A program made the position numbers and the translations under genes. A stretch of DNA of 47,415 bases, filler included, from Jimgerdemannia flammicorona (lineage: Eukaryota): assembly GCA_003990765.1 (NCBI GenBank). It is 2 parts of 2 records of this genome, joined end to end, with 100 filler letters (N's around TTAATTAATTAA, not from the genome) between each part and the next. Parts side by side here need not be neighbours in the genome. Positions count along the whole stretch, not along the records: positions 1 to 23,665 come from RBNJ01001082.1; 1 more part is not named here. The stretch is one strand, 5' to 3'. The notes under the pieces are model-generated. The model was not told where the DNA came from and made no database searches. It worked only from the letters and a program-made list of their open reading frames with translations. Below, one piece after another: positions 1 to 11,962 of the stretch. Each line of letters opens with the position of its first letter. Positions within the stretch are counted from its first letter, which is position 1.

Positions 1-1
1 C

Positions 2-643
2 CCATTCTTCGCTAATACTGGACAAAACCCAAACACCCCTTTGACACTTATCCGAACTACTGAAGAACCCTCCACAGTCGAAGCTGTTGAAGAATTCCTA
101 CTCCGAATGCGCAATCTAAGCCAGATCGCAATTGAGAATTTATCACGAGCTCAAGAACAACAGTCACAGTATGTTAACCAACACCACCGAGAAGAAACTT
201 TTGATATTGGAGAAAAAGTCCTACTAGACATCAGAGGATACCGAGTTGACAACCTCAAGCACAGACCATCCACAAAGCTGAACAGCAAGTTCATTGGACC
301 ATTTGAAGTCATTACACAAGTCTCTCCAACCTCCTACAAACTGGTGCTACCAGACACCATTAAGATTCATCCAGTCTTTAATGTGCAACGTCTCAAGCGA
401 TACAATGACAATGATGACAAGCTATTTCCAAATCGAACCACCAAACCACCTGCACCTGTCATCATTAATGACCAAGAAGAATACGAAGTTGAACAAATCC
501 TCAACAAACATGGCAACAAGAACCATCCTGAGTACCTTGTCAAATGGAAAGGTTACCCGATCCACGATGCAACCTGGGAACCCAAGACCAATCTTCAGAA
601 TGCTACCGACTTAGTTCAGGAATATGATTCCTTGAACAACTAG
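2..643 (+). CDS. Pol C-terminus: integrase GPY/F module plus chromodomain (partial, runs off the window start)
   Basis: Frame is open from position 2 (PFFANTGQNP). Contains KLNSKFIGPFEV...IHPVFNVQRLKRY and the chromodomain EEYEVEQIL...EYLVKWKGY...ATWEP. Confidence 0.95.
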   Translation, partial: PFFANTGQNPNTPLTLIRTTEEPSTVEAVEEFLLRMRNLSQIAIENLSRAQEQQSQYVNQHHREETFDIGEKVLLDIRGYRVDNLKHRPSTKLNSKFIGPFEVITQVSPTSYKLVLPDTIKIHPVFNVQRLKRYNDNDDKLFPNRTTKPPAPVIINDQEEYEVEQILNKHGNKNHPEYLVKWKGYPIHDATWEPKTNLQNATDLVQEYDSLNN

Positions 644-1300
644 AACCAAATATTCTGCACCCATCTACATATATTATATATTATCCTCCTGAACATTATA
701 ACTATCACGAACCAAGTCAAGAACTCAGCAAAACAAGACAAGAATACTGAACCTCTGGAAAAATAGCAAAACTGAAAGCAAGCCTATTCTCCCTGTACCA
801 CTGGTGGGAAACGAGACATAGACGATTAAGAAGATTCCTTAGAGGAAATTCTCCAGCAGTGATTGACATCAGAATCACTTCCAGTGCACAGCATTGAACA
901 CACAACCCTTTAACGTGTGAATCCAATGCATTAGGCAACTGTACTACGAGCATGTCACTTTCTGAGAAAATGGACCTTACCAGACTTTTGACCTCCCAAA
1001 CGGTGTAACAACACTAGAACAAATTAGAAGGCCCCAACGAGGACATCGAAAGCTAAGAAGGGGAGAGTTGTAAGCGCACAACCTCCAAGCCACCGAAATT
1101 ATACGTCACCCTCTGAACAAAGCCACTGAAATCACACACGACCTCCAAACAAATCTGGAAATCACCTGCTTGATCACAAAGCTGAGTCAAACTGAAGTCA
1201 CAGTGCACAAAGCTGAGTCAATACAAAGTCACAGAATACAAGATCTACACAAACGGAACCTTACCAATCAGGACCAAATGCATATATACTGAGCACTGAG

Positions 1301-2452
1301 ATGCGTCGAATTAGAGAACCAAAACAAACAACAACCACAACTTCCAAACACACAAACATGACCACTGAGATCTACAACCGCATCTGCGCTGACATTTGGA
1401 ATGCCATTGTCAACCAAGCCACACCCCCTCTGCCCCTCATGAATATCCATAGCCTAGCACCCCTCTACTTCATGGAAGCCCGATGGAATGCCCTGAACAT
1501 GCTTAGCGAGGCCCACCGAATCAGACAAATCTCAAGCTACTACCAGATCAGCCGCCTCCTAGAAGACATGGTCGAACACCACCATGATACAGATATTACC
1601 CAGATGTCTCAATACCAGAAGCTTATCGCCCACAAACATCGAGAACTCTTCTATGAGTACAACACCTTTATTCCCCGCCTCCAAGTTACTACCAGCGAAA
1701 TGGTTGCTATCCTGTCCTATGGCCAAATCGATGACATGATACAAGAACTCAACCACAAGTACCTCGAGTATGTCGAAACCACAGACAGAACCTTCCTGCA
1801 CCCTGATGACTACATCCTGCAAATGCCTCAAGTCAGATATGCTATGAAGGACGTCTACGATATAATCCACTTCGATGAAGATGAAGCAGAAGACAATGAT
1901 CCCTCTGATGCCGACATGACCTCTAGCCAAGGATCTCTGCCAACCCTGATCACTCCGCCAACCTTGCCGATGAACCTACAATAGTTCATAACTACATACG
2001 AGACTTATTGGGACAATGACCACTGGCACGAATACCAACCCGCGTTCACTCCCGATTACTTCAATTACAATGAAGAGACTGGAGAATACAACCTGTACCT
2101 TCAGACAACCCTCAAGATCGAACCAACCACTCCACCACCCAAGTATGAGCAACATGAACAGCCGCCAGCATACTATAACCCCGCAACTCATAGTGCCATA
2201 ACCTATAGAAGGTATGCAGACAGTAAATCCGATAAAAGCGAAGACAGTACACCCATCCTTCGCCCACCAACACCTTATCCAGCATACGAAACAGACAATG
2301 CTATCCTGTGGGACGGAGATGAAGTCCCAATATATTACTACCTCAGCCAACAAGGAGAAGTAATCCGTGAACCACTCTTCCTAGATGACTACTTTATCAG
2401 AGATGATGCAATCGATGGTGATGTCATTGAAGACTACCCAGATAGTGCCTAA
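1301..2452 (+). CDS. Accessory ORF inside the LTR U3 region, 383 codons with one internal TAG (1982-1984); likely start ATG 1358
   Basis: The track ORF 1301-1984 continues in frame for 155 more sense codons (FITTYETYWDNDHW...PPPKY...PPAYY...DYPDSA) to TAA 2450-2452. The TAG is explicable as CAG>TAG. Confidence 0.7.
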
Positions 2453-2641
2453 ACCCATAAATAGCCTAGCAGTTATAGTATACTTAGATTAGCCTTATAC
2501 GATGTGACTGTGAACTGACTCAGCAGTCAGACGATCCCTTGATATGTCAGATCACACTTGTACTACATGACTGCATTCCGACTCAGCAAAGCACTTAGTG
2601 CTACATCCATATCTAGCCTAGTCCAGATAGCCCCTCACTAG

Positions 2642-2649
2642 TATAAATA
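2642..2649 (+). promoter_or_regulatory. LTR TATA box
   Basis: TATAAATA followed by a C-rich run, about 125 bp upstream of AATAAA. Confidence 0.6.
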
Positions 2650-3130
2650 CCCCCTCCCCCAGACCTCAGAATCTCAGACTTGAACAATCCGAACACAACT
2701 CCTGAGCACTTCCCCACAATACTCCTTCACACAATTACTCCTAGTATAGCAATATTATGAATAGCAAATAAACCTATTCCATAACCCACAAACCACTTTT
2801 AAGTAAATCTGCTCCCTGTTAGGTCCTACTCCTAACCCCATCATGAAATTTCCTAATTGGGTATTGTCTGCAGCGATATGCCAATTCAACTAAGCTGGTC
2901 TTAGTTTCTTGAACTTCCTGAAACACGGAAAATCCTGAACATCCAGAACTAGTCCAGAAAAGGACTTTGGTTGAGACGTCAACCCGATCTTGAAATCAAT
3001 AAGCATAGAGGACGTACTCCATATGAAATTGATCTTGACCATAAGAAAACGGTCTTCCAGAATATCCAGAACTTCCAGAAAACCCTTCTAGAACTACATA
3101 ACGGTTACCCTAAAAAGTAACCCTCTTACA

Positions 3131-3334
3131 GTACTGGTGGGGGATATCAAAAATGATTAGTAGAGACTATCTATAGGAAGAGTGGGAAGAAGATTGGAGT
3201 AGCAGAAAAGTTAACAGTATTTTGGAAAAATAGTGAGAGAGAGAGGGAGTTTCTGAGAGAGATAGGGTGAGGAGCTCATTTGTATTAGTAGTACATTATA
3301 GATAGTTTGATAATAAAGTAGAAGTCTATATAAC

Positions 3335-3366
<32 letters not shown>
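3131..3366 (+). mobile_element. LINE 3'-end fragment with poly(A), interrupted by the chromovirus
   Basis: G-rich sequence ending AATAAA-GTAGA-AGTCTATATAACT-AT-(A)n, matching the tail of the full-length LINE at 38444. Confidence 0.7.
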
Positions 3367-3370
<4 letters not shown>

Positions 3371-6118
3371 AAATTCAGAAAATACTTTTACACTAATGAA
3401 AAATACTCTAACTATCAGTTCCACTAGTTTTAGTATCAGCACCAATGTAAGCTATATATTGAGCAGTACTAATATATATTAAAAAGATCTAACTTATAAA
3501 TTCTAATATAATATAGTATATAATAGTATATTATGAGTAGTTCTCTATATATAAAAAGTTCAAGCACTCTATACCTATCAAAATGAGTAATGTTAGTATA
3601 TATCTATATGGAAATATTAATGAATCCTCAGATATCTTTATAGATATACTATATATATTAGATATAGGTAAGAATCTCTTCTCAATAGACTAGATGATGG
3701 CTCAAGAAGATAAAGGAATAAATATGCATCTGAATAGTATAATGGTAATTAATCTAAAGAATAATAAAGAGCTAATATATATATTCAAAAAGGAAAACCT
3801 ATATATAATTAACAGTATATTAAGTAGTATATCATCTATATATTCTATAATAGTAACTTATATCTAGTATATATAGTATAAATACTTAGGATACATCAGT
3901 AAGATAGATTTAGAATAGATGATAAGGAGTAAATTTATATATAAATTACTAAACTATATACTATCAGATTTCTGCTTTTGTAATAGATACATAGTAAACA
4001 AGGCTTTTTGATAACTTTTTCAAAAATAAATAAAGTAAGTAGCCAGTATTCTCAATATAATATATATGGATATCTGTAGCCTTATGTAAACTATAACATC
4101 CTTTGAGAAGAGGTACTTTATTATCTTCATTGATGATTATACTCATAAAACCTATATATACTTCCTTATAATAAAGAATAAGATATTTAAAAAATTCTGA
4201 GAATTCAAAACAACTATAAAGAATGAAACAGGATGTAAGATATAGACCCTATACTTAGATAATAGTAAGAAATATATTAAAAAAGCCTTTAGAGACTTCT
4301 TGAAGAAGCATAGTATCTAATACTCTATGATAGCTCTCTATATATTTAAATAGAACAGTATAGTAAAATACTTTAACCAAACAATAGTAGAGATGACTTG
4401 AATAATAATAAATATAGCTAGCTTACTATACTTCTTCTAAGCTGAGGTAGTAAATATAGTAGTATATACTTAAAATTGTTATATTTGTTAAGCTTTAAGC
4501 AAGGATTCTGATGAATCTGATAGATTTGACAATAATCAGCAATCCAGAAATAGTAAATTCAGAAATAATAGTGATCTTACTCCTGAAAAATTATAGAGTA
4601 GATCTAAGCCCAATATCTCACACTTATAGATATTTAGAAGTAAGGCTTATATCTTAGATAAGAATAGTAATAGAGACAAACTTGAGTCTAAGATAGATAA
4701 ATATATATTTCTTAAATATGACAGAGTGATATATAGATTGTAGAATCCACAGAAATACTATATAGTTATCACTCATAATATTCAATTCAAAGAGACCAAA
4801 GAATAGAAAATTTATATAGAAATTCCTATCTCTATATTCAATCTGATGGTATAGCTAATAATATATATGCCAACTTCAAAGACATCTCTGATATCTATAT
4901 TAGTGCTAGTGTAATCTATATATATGCTAATGAGACTATTAGACCTAAAAATTATGAAAATTATAGATAAGAATGACAATTAGAATACCTCTCCAAAAGG
5001 TAAGAAAAAGTACAAATCTAGACTATAAAATGAAGTTAAAGCAGATTTAGAAGATTATTGGAACCAGTCTAAGACATTTTGTCACAACAGCAGGTATTAT
5101 AAACTATATCTATAAGTATACCTATATAGTAATAACTGATGAACTAGCAAACTATGATAAAGTCATATACTCAGATAATAAAAAGGAGTAGAAAAAGACT
5201 ATAGATGAGGAGTACAGTTTGCTCATTGAGAATAATATATGTGATCTAGTCTCTCTTTCAGTAAATCAATAAGCTATAGGATTCTACTGAATATATAAAA
5301 TCAAATATAATAGTAATGATAGTATTAGAGTAATATAAGGCTTAACTTGTAGTAAAGGAGTATTCACAAGGATATGGCATAGACTATGATGAGACCTTCT
5401 CTCTAATATTCAAGCTTACTTCACTTAGAATACTTCTTGTAATCAAAGTCAAATATAACTATTAAATCTACCAAATAGATATTAAGACAGTCTTCTTGAA
5501 TAGTAATATAGATATAGAGCTATATGACCATCAACCACAAGGATACAAACTATATAATGATAAGCAAAATAAGCTCATATATAAATTATATAAAGGTCTC
5601 TATAGTATCAAATAAGCAGTAAGGCTATAGAACTGAAAAATCAACAAATACCTCTTGAATAATAGATTTGAGTATTGTGAAGCTAATCTATATATATATA
5701 CCTAGTATATATTCTCAAGAATAGTATATCTAGAAATTTAGATTGATGATATCATTTTGGTTGAAATGACAAATAAGATTAATGATGTAAAAGTGATACT
5801 ATATCAAGAATTCAAGATAATAGATATGTGTAATATATTCTATCTTCTTAGAATATCAATTATACATGATAAGTGTGAACATACTATATATCTATCACAA
5901 GCCACATATATTCAGACTATACTCAAATGATTCAGTTTGAGCAAATATAAGTCTGTTGAAACATCTATAGAGATATCTGTAAGACTAAGAAAGTCTGATA
6001 CATCTAAGAAATTCAATGATATCCCCTATTGGTAAGCTGTGGGATCCCTTATATATCTTATGTTCAGGATGAGATCCAACATATTATATGCAATCAACAA
6101 AGTGGTACAGTACTCATC
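3367..6118 (+). mobile_element. Ty1/Copia pol relic (protease, integrase, RT), heavily mutated
   Basis: Degenerate motifs in Copia order: DILYILDIGKNLFSI (~3645), RYFIIFIDDY (~4110), IDEEYSLLIENN (~5200), YGIDYDETFS (~5375), IDDII (~5742), AVGSLIYL (~6036). Many stop codons. Confidence 0.9.
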
Positions 6119-6134
6119 CTATTGTCATTCTGAT

Positions 6135-7316
6135 TTTTTATTTTATGGACTCTATGTCCTGTGGTTTTTATTAGAAGAGAATCTAGACTATATAGGCCAA
6201 AACCCTCCCCCACCACCCATCAAGCACTGCCCCCCCATTAATCTAGGCTAGCTATTGTCTAGCAGCTTGACCATGCCAGGTGCAGCAGGGCAAAGTAGCC
6301 TGCACCTCATTCTGCACACCATGCTCTCCCTACCACCAGGGGAAACTCAGTCATATGCCAATGACTAAAAGCGCATGCCCGAGAACCCAACATACATATG
6401 TACAAGGCCATGCCCGAGCTGAATAGAATAGCCCCTGCCACCCCAAAGAGAATGACAGGCAAAGAAAAAACCCTCATCAAAGCACAATATGGTGGGTAGG
6501 GCCTAGTTCTCCCAGTCAAGATGAGTAGAGGACTTATACGTGAGGCAGGAGAAGATCCCCAATACCCCACTACTCAAGCCTGCAGGCCTCGATCACGTTG
6601 CTGTATCAGCTCCCAGTTCCAGTTAAGTGCAGCCAAGATGCCTGAAATGGGTAGCCTCGGGCCCCCCAACCCCCCCTGACGACTGGGGCCCAACCCCATG
6701 AATCGCCAAAAGAAGCCGAGAGTGACACCTACCACCTAACCACACCACACCAATCAAAAGGCCCCACCAAAGCAGCACCTGCCTCAGCCCTAATGACCAC
6801 CCTCAGCCTGGCACCCTACTGGTTCACTGTAATCACCCTTCCTCCTATCTGTGACGGCCATCTCCCCTCCCATCCCGACATCACCCCAAAAAACAGTCAC
6901 CTACACCAGAACCGTGCTCGCTGGGAAGCTCGCCAAAGCCAGAGGGCCCCACTACAGGCACCGAGGACCTACAGGTAACCTACACTGAGCACTTGACACC
7001 CAAGGTCGGCCGACTCCCTACGTAGCCCAAGACACACCGAAATAACTCCTTGTTGGTGATGGCAAAAGGAAGAAGGCGCCGCACCAAAACGGGTACACCC
7101 CAGATGCAGCTGAAGGCACTAGAATCCACAAAAAAGTGGAGGAAGCACCGATCTGACACCGATAAAGGGGCAACTCATCACCATTGCCCTCCTCCCACCA
7201 TGCCCCTACAGGCACAGCAAACCAACCTGAGGTAGAGGGGGTAATATTAGGGGAAAGAGGACTTGGAAGGTCACCTACCAAACCTTGTGACCGGTAAGGT
7301 AGCAGAGAAAGGAGCA
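6135..7316 (-). mobile_element. 5'-truncated non-LTR (LINE-like) insertion, second family
   Basis: 16-bp TSD CTATTGTCATTCTGAT (6119-6134) / CTGTTGTCATTCCGAT (7317-7332). T-rich tail and TTTATT at the left end. Same strand skew as the large LINE. Confidence 0.7.
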
Positions 7317-7964
7317 CTGTTGTCATTCCGATATCAGACGTTATTCTAATTTTATTAGACCAATTATAATTTTATATGTGGCTGCTCGTTTCCGGGCTTG
7401 CCGCTTTGTGTAACATAGGTCGATTACAGATTTACATCAGATTTTTTTTTTTTTATTATTATATAAAATACATACTAAATTATTAACTAATTAATTATTA
7501 TATCTAATTATAATATAAAAAGATTTATATTGAAAATGAATCAAGTTTTATAATTATCTATATATACTCAATAAAATGTTATTCTTATCCAACATTTGTT
7601 TTCAGCGATCACCACACCCGAGCTGCCCACTTTCTACCACGAGTGTTTTGAGCGCGAAGCTGACTTTGGACAATAGATCGTTATCACCGTCGAAGTACTC
7701 GCTGATTATCGAAGTCAGCGGGACGTGGACATGTGACGACGAGATGAAAACTCGGTTTCACAATGGTTATATTTCGATATACACCAAGATGCAATTGGAG
7801 CGGATACCCGGTTCGATTAGTCATAGACTTAAATGCGTGTCACAAGTGGCCTGCCAGAATTCCTAATCCGATTGTTCGGATCTCAGATCCAAATCCAAAC
7901 ACGCGGCCAAAACAGAACCCCCGTCAATTTCTCTCCCCTCTCCAAAGGCATCCGCTCGCGTTCC

Positions 7965-9651
7965 ATGGGCCATTCTCTATCTAGATTATTCAGATACAAA
8001 GAAGGCCGCCGCAAGGATCCTGTATCTGAGACGCCCAATGTCGAGCCGCCTACCCAAGACTCGCTCGGGAACCAAATTCCCGAAGACTCCAAGGTCATCG
8101 ATGGTCGCATTTTCAAGAAGAATGGGAGCCCCGTTTACCCGCTACCAAACGACAAGTCTGAGTATGGCCGCTTGAACTCCCAGCACTATGTTCTCCGGTG
8201 AGTTTTAATTCTCAACGGCCCATTGCTACATGTTTTGTATTGAAAACACAGCCGTTGAAAGTGCTTTGCGAGTTGGTTGGAACTATAGAAGCGTTGACAT
8301 AAAGACTACAAAAACTGACTGACTTTCACATCCTGAATTAGCTATACCTTCCAGAGGTAAGAATTGATATTTAAACCTTTTGTGTTGTGATAACCATTAT
8401 TTATTCATACAGTGTTAAACACCGATCCTTCTGCTTGTAGTAATTACAAAGCACCTGTCACTGAAGACCTAAAGCGCGGAATAAAAGTTCTTGACGCTGG
8501 GTGAGTTCTTCCATCCCTATCATTTATTCCACCAACAACCATCTCCACAAGTGCTAATAGGAAGCCCTCTGCACCTGTCAGATGCGGCACTGGTATCTGG
8601 TCCGTCGTAAGTACCCTGCCCATTGTCCCGTGCTCATATATCAATTGTTCTGACCGACTGATCCTCCTCCCCTCTCCTCCACCTCGCCTTCAATCACTAC
8701 ACAGGAGCTCGCTAACGAGTTCCCGAACTCGACCTTCATCGGCACCGACATTATCAACGTCTTCGCCGTGTCAGAGAAAACCGCGCCGTCCAACTGCACC
8801 TTTCACGTGGCCGACACGATTGGGCGCCTGCCATTCGACGACAATACGTTCGACTACGTGTTCCAGCGATTCCAGGTCGCGTGTTTTCCAAAAGAAACGT
8901 GGCCTATTGTTCTCAAAGAGCTCATGAGAGTGTGTAAACCCGGGTGTTTTGTTGAGCTGAGTAGGGGTTTTTTTTTTTTTTTCCTATCCGCCTTCTTTTT
9001 CTCTAACAAAGTTTTCTAAATACTCATTCTCACTTTCTCCATGTTTTTAATCCCTGCTATGCGTAGTCGAAATCTCGTTCGCGCAGGACTGCGGCCCGGC
9101 ATTGTCAAAGCATATTGAATGGTGTACGGATTTTTCCTTCTTATTCCGCGTTCCATTGTTACGTCACCCTCATCACACATCGTATTACCTTACCCGCCCA
9201 AAACTTCCTGCAGTGAAAATTCTCTTCTCCCTCCGCGGCGTCGACATAACCATTTTCAAGACCCCGGAGCTCGTCATCAATGCGGGCCTGGTCGACGTCC
9301 AAAGCTCATACATAACCTGGCCGCTCAACTGGGGCCCTGACAAGGGGCTGGGGGAGCTGATAGCACAGGTTTGTACTCCTGTCCCATTGGTTGCTTCCTT
9401 CCTGTGCTATTAAAGACTCATTCTTGTCCTCCTTTCCATAGAATTACATGGCCGCAGTTCACAACTTCCGCGCGCATGTCGACACAGTCCTCGGCATCAG
9501 CGATGATGAGTACGACGAGGTTGAGCGCGGATGTGAGGCCGAGCTGCTCGCTCCTGTCGTCGAATACAAGGCAACCCAACCCATCTTCGATTACTACGGC
9601 CGAAAGCCCTTCCCCGTCGCAGACGACACCCAACCTAAGATACCCTCGTAG
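7965..9651 (+). CDS. Class I SAM-dependent methyltransferase (LaeA-like/Methyltransf_23-25 type), 8 exons, 336 aa
   Basis: Exons 7965-8197, 8342-8356, 8441-8500, 8582-8606, 8705-8960, 9067-9123, 9214-9368, 9442-9651, all with GT-AG introns, total 1011 nt in frame. Motifs YPLPNDKSEYGRLNSQHY, KVLDAGCGTGIW, LPFDDNTFDYVFQR, ELMRVCKPG. Confidence 0.9.
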
Positions 9652-10124
9652 CCCCGCTTCGTGTTGATGAGCTCTATTGCCACGGTCGAGGTTGCGAGAC
9701 TGGCGGAGGGGCTCATGATTTTTTTTCATTATAAAAATGTAATAAGAGCAATACTAATACTCACCCCAAGTTGACATGTAAATCTTTGATTTGTTCTCTA
9801 CTGAAAAAAATGCTATGATATTGTATAAGGCTTTAATATCTATAGAATATAATATGACAAGTTGTATATAATTCTTCTAGTGTAGCTAGGTTTATTAATA
9901 CAGATGTAGAGTTTTCTCTAATTTAGTTATATTGTACAAATCTGTTTATTTATTATATTATAATTATTTTCAATATTAATATGATCAAGATAGATATTTT
10001 ACAATTGGATATAGCTATTATAATGATGTTATTTTACTAATGGTTTATGTTATCCTTATATATAATTATCTATATAATGAGTAATTTTCTTTTACCCTAT
10101 TAATTATTTTATATTATTTGTTAT

Positions 10125-10890
10125 ATACATTGTGGCGTGCGATTTGCATCTATTTTTTGCTTCAAGCACGGCTCATGTGCCACTTGTAGAAGTCTTAACA
10201 CTTGATCTCCTGGTCTGGTAGCGGTATATGTCATTGTTCACGTCGTTGGTCACGTGACTAGATCGTTCGTTATATCGTTCGTCGTTTTTGAGGGTCGTAT
10301 CTTGCAATTCTTGTTTTCTTATACTCGGTCTTTGGCTGTCTGGTAGCATATTCATGGTCTTGTTCTTGAACTTTGTGGTCTTTTTTTCAATTCATGGAAG
10401 AGAGGTTTGTCTACTCAATCTCTGAGTTTTATGCTCCTTGTTTTCCAGAACCTTTTTAATCTTTCAGAGTCTTTGATTAACTTTCAAGTGAACTGAGGTT
10501 TATTCACTCTTAGTTACTGGTTTTATTTACACAAATTGTACTAAGTTATAGTGTGAGAGAATTCACTAAGTTAAGTTAACTAATAGAGATAAGAACAAAG
10601 TTATTACTAGTAATAGTTTAATAATGGTAAGTTAATAAAAGTAAAGCTAATACTAATAAGAATAAGGTTGTTGCACTAGTCCAGAGCCAATAGCAAAGTA
10701 AAAACTAACTAAATAAGTATAAGGCTGAGATAATTATGGAATCAAGTTAAGCTAAATATATTTAAATTATTATACTTAATAAATAAAACTATTAAAGCTA
10801 AATTATATTATATATGTAAAATTAGTTATAACTGATGAGTAGTAAGGATGAGCTATTGGCTCACTAAATACAAATTAAAAATATTGATAA
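10125..10890 (-). repeat. Dispersed repeat, probable solo-LTR relic, homologous to 32418-33150
   Basis: Colinear with 32418-33150 by eye. Carries the reverse complement of the LTR poly(A) box AAGAGTGAATAAACCTCAGT at 10492-10511. Boundaries approximate. Confidence 0.65.
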
Positions 10891-11962
10891 AGATAATGTA
10901 ATCTTTAATTAATATAGTATTCTTTATTAAAAATAATAAGTATAATATCAAAATCTATAAATTTATCTAATTATTCTTCAAAATATAAGAATAATAATTA
11001 AGTAATAAAAAGACAGTATTTTGATTGATTATTTTTATAGTTTAAAGACAGAGATATAATTATTCTTAGCAGTATTATCTAAAAGCTCTTTTTTTAATAT
11101 TGGAGAAATTTCAGAATCATCTTAAAGTAATTTTAAATATTTAAAATAAATAATTATTCTTAATTAGTTTTTTTTTTTTTAGATATTTTCAATAATATAA
11201 TATAATTTAAATTATATAAGTATAATCTAGGAGTAGTGCTCTAATTAAGTTAGGGAAATTTAAATCTGATTTAAATTTGTCAACTATATAACTAATTTAA
11301 ACTAATTCAAATTTATTATATAATAAATTTGAATTAATTCAAATTGAACCAACTCAAATTCACTCTGTAAGCTGGAATTCTCATATAACAAACTGAATTA
11401 AAAGTCAACTAGTAGATAAGTCTGCTAAAAAGAGCAATTTTTTAGAGAAAAAAAGGATACTACTTCTGCTGAACTTTATAGAATAAGAAAAACTTCTATT
11501 AAATATTTAAAAATATAATATAATATAAAAACCAATTATCAAATATACAAAATATTTATAGATTTTTTTACTCTCTTAAGTTTTCAAAAATAAAATCATC
11601 AAGAGAAAAGTCAGATATAATATATAACTGTTGTAAATAGAGGCATTTTTACTTAAGTTATATAAGTTATATATTTCATATATTACTGATAAATGATGTA
11701 AAACTGATAGAATGGCATTAGTCACATATTGATATATTAAGTTATAATCTCAATACTCTCACTCAATAAGATATGGAATCCAAAAAAAATGCAAACTAGA
11801 GTAAAAAGTAATATAATATATATAAAAACTAGAACTATATAACCCAATATCTAAGAATTTTTCACAAATCAAAAAGTATTCCAAAATATATCTAAAAAAT
11901 AACATATATATATAATCTATATAATCTACTTATAGATGAGAGATGTAATCAATATAGTATTA

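Larger units (their letters stand above)
1..3130 (+). mobile_element. Ty3/Gypsy chromovirus, 3' portion (integrase C-terminus, PPT, 3' LTR)
   Basis: Integrase GPY/F and chromodomain ORF, then PPT AAGAAGGGGAGAG (1055-1067), then an LTR bounded by TGTAAG (1069) and CTTACA (3130). Confidence 0.92.
1069..3130 (+). repeat. 3' LTR of the chromovirus (2062 bp, unusually long)
   Basis: Starts TG just after the PPT and has a 6-bp terminal inverted repeat TGTAAG/CTTACA. TATAAATA at 2642, AATAAA at 2767-2772. The 5' LTR is outside the window. Confidence 0.82.

Noticed and set aside
650..1050. Possible small ORF between integrase and PPT
   Set aside because: Several frames are equally plausible after reverting stops. 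No motif or clear start.
3367..6118. Alternative genetic code or readthrough to explain the many in-frame stops
   Set aside because: Host genes use the standard code. The stops are C>T/G>A products confined to repeats.
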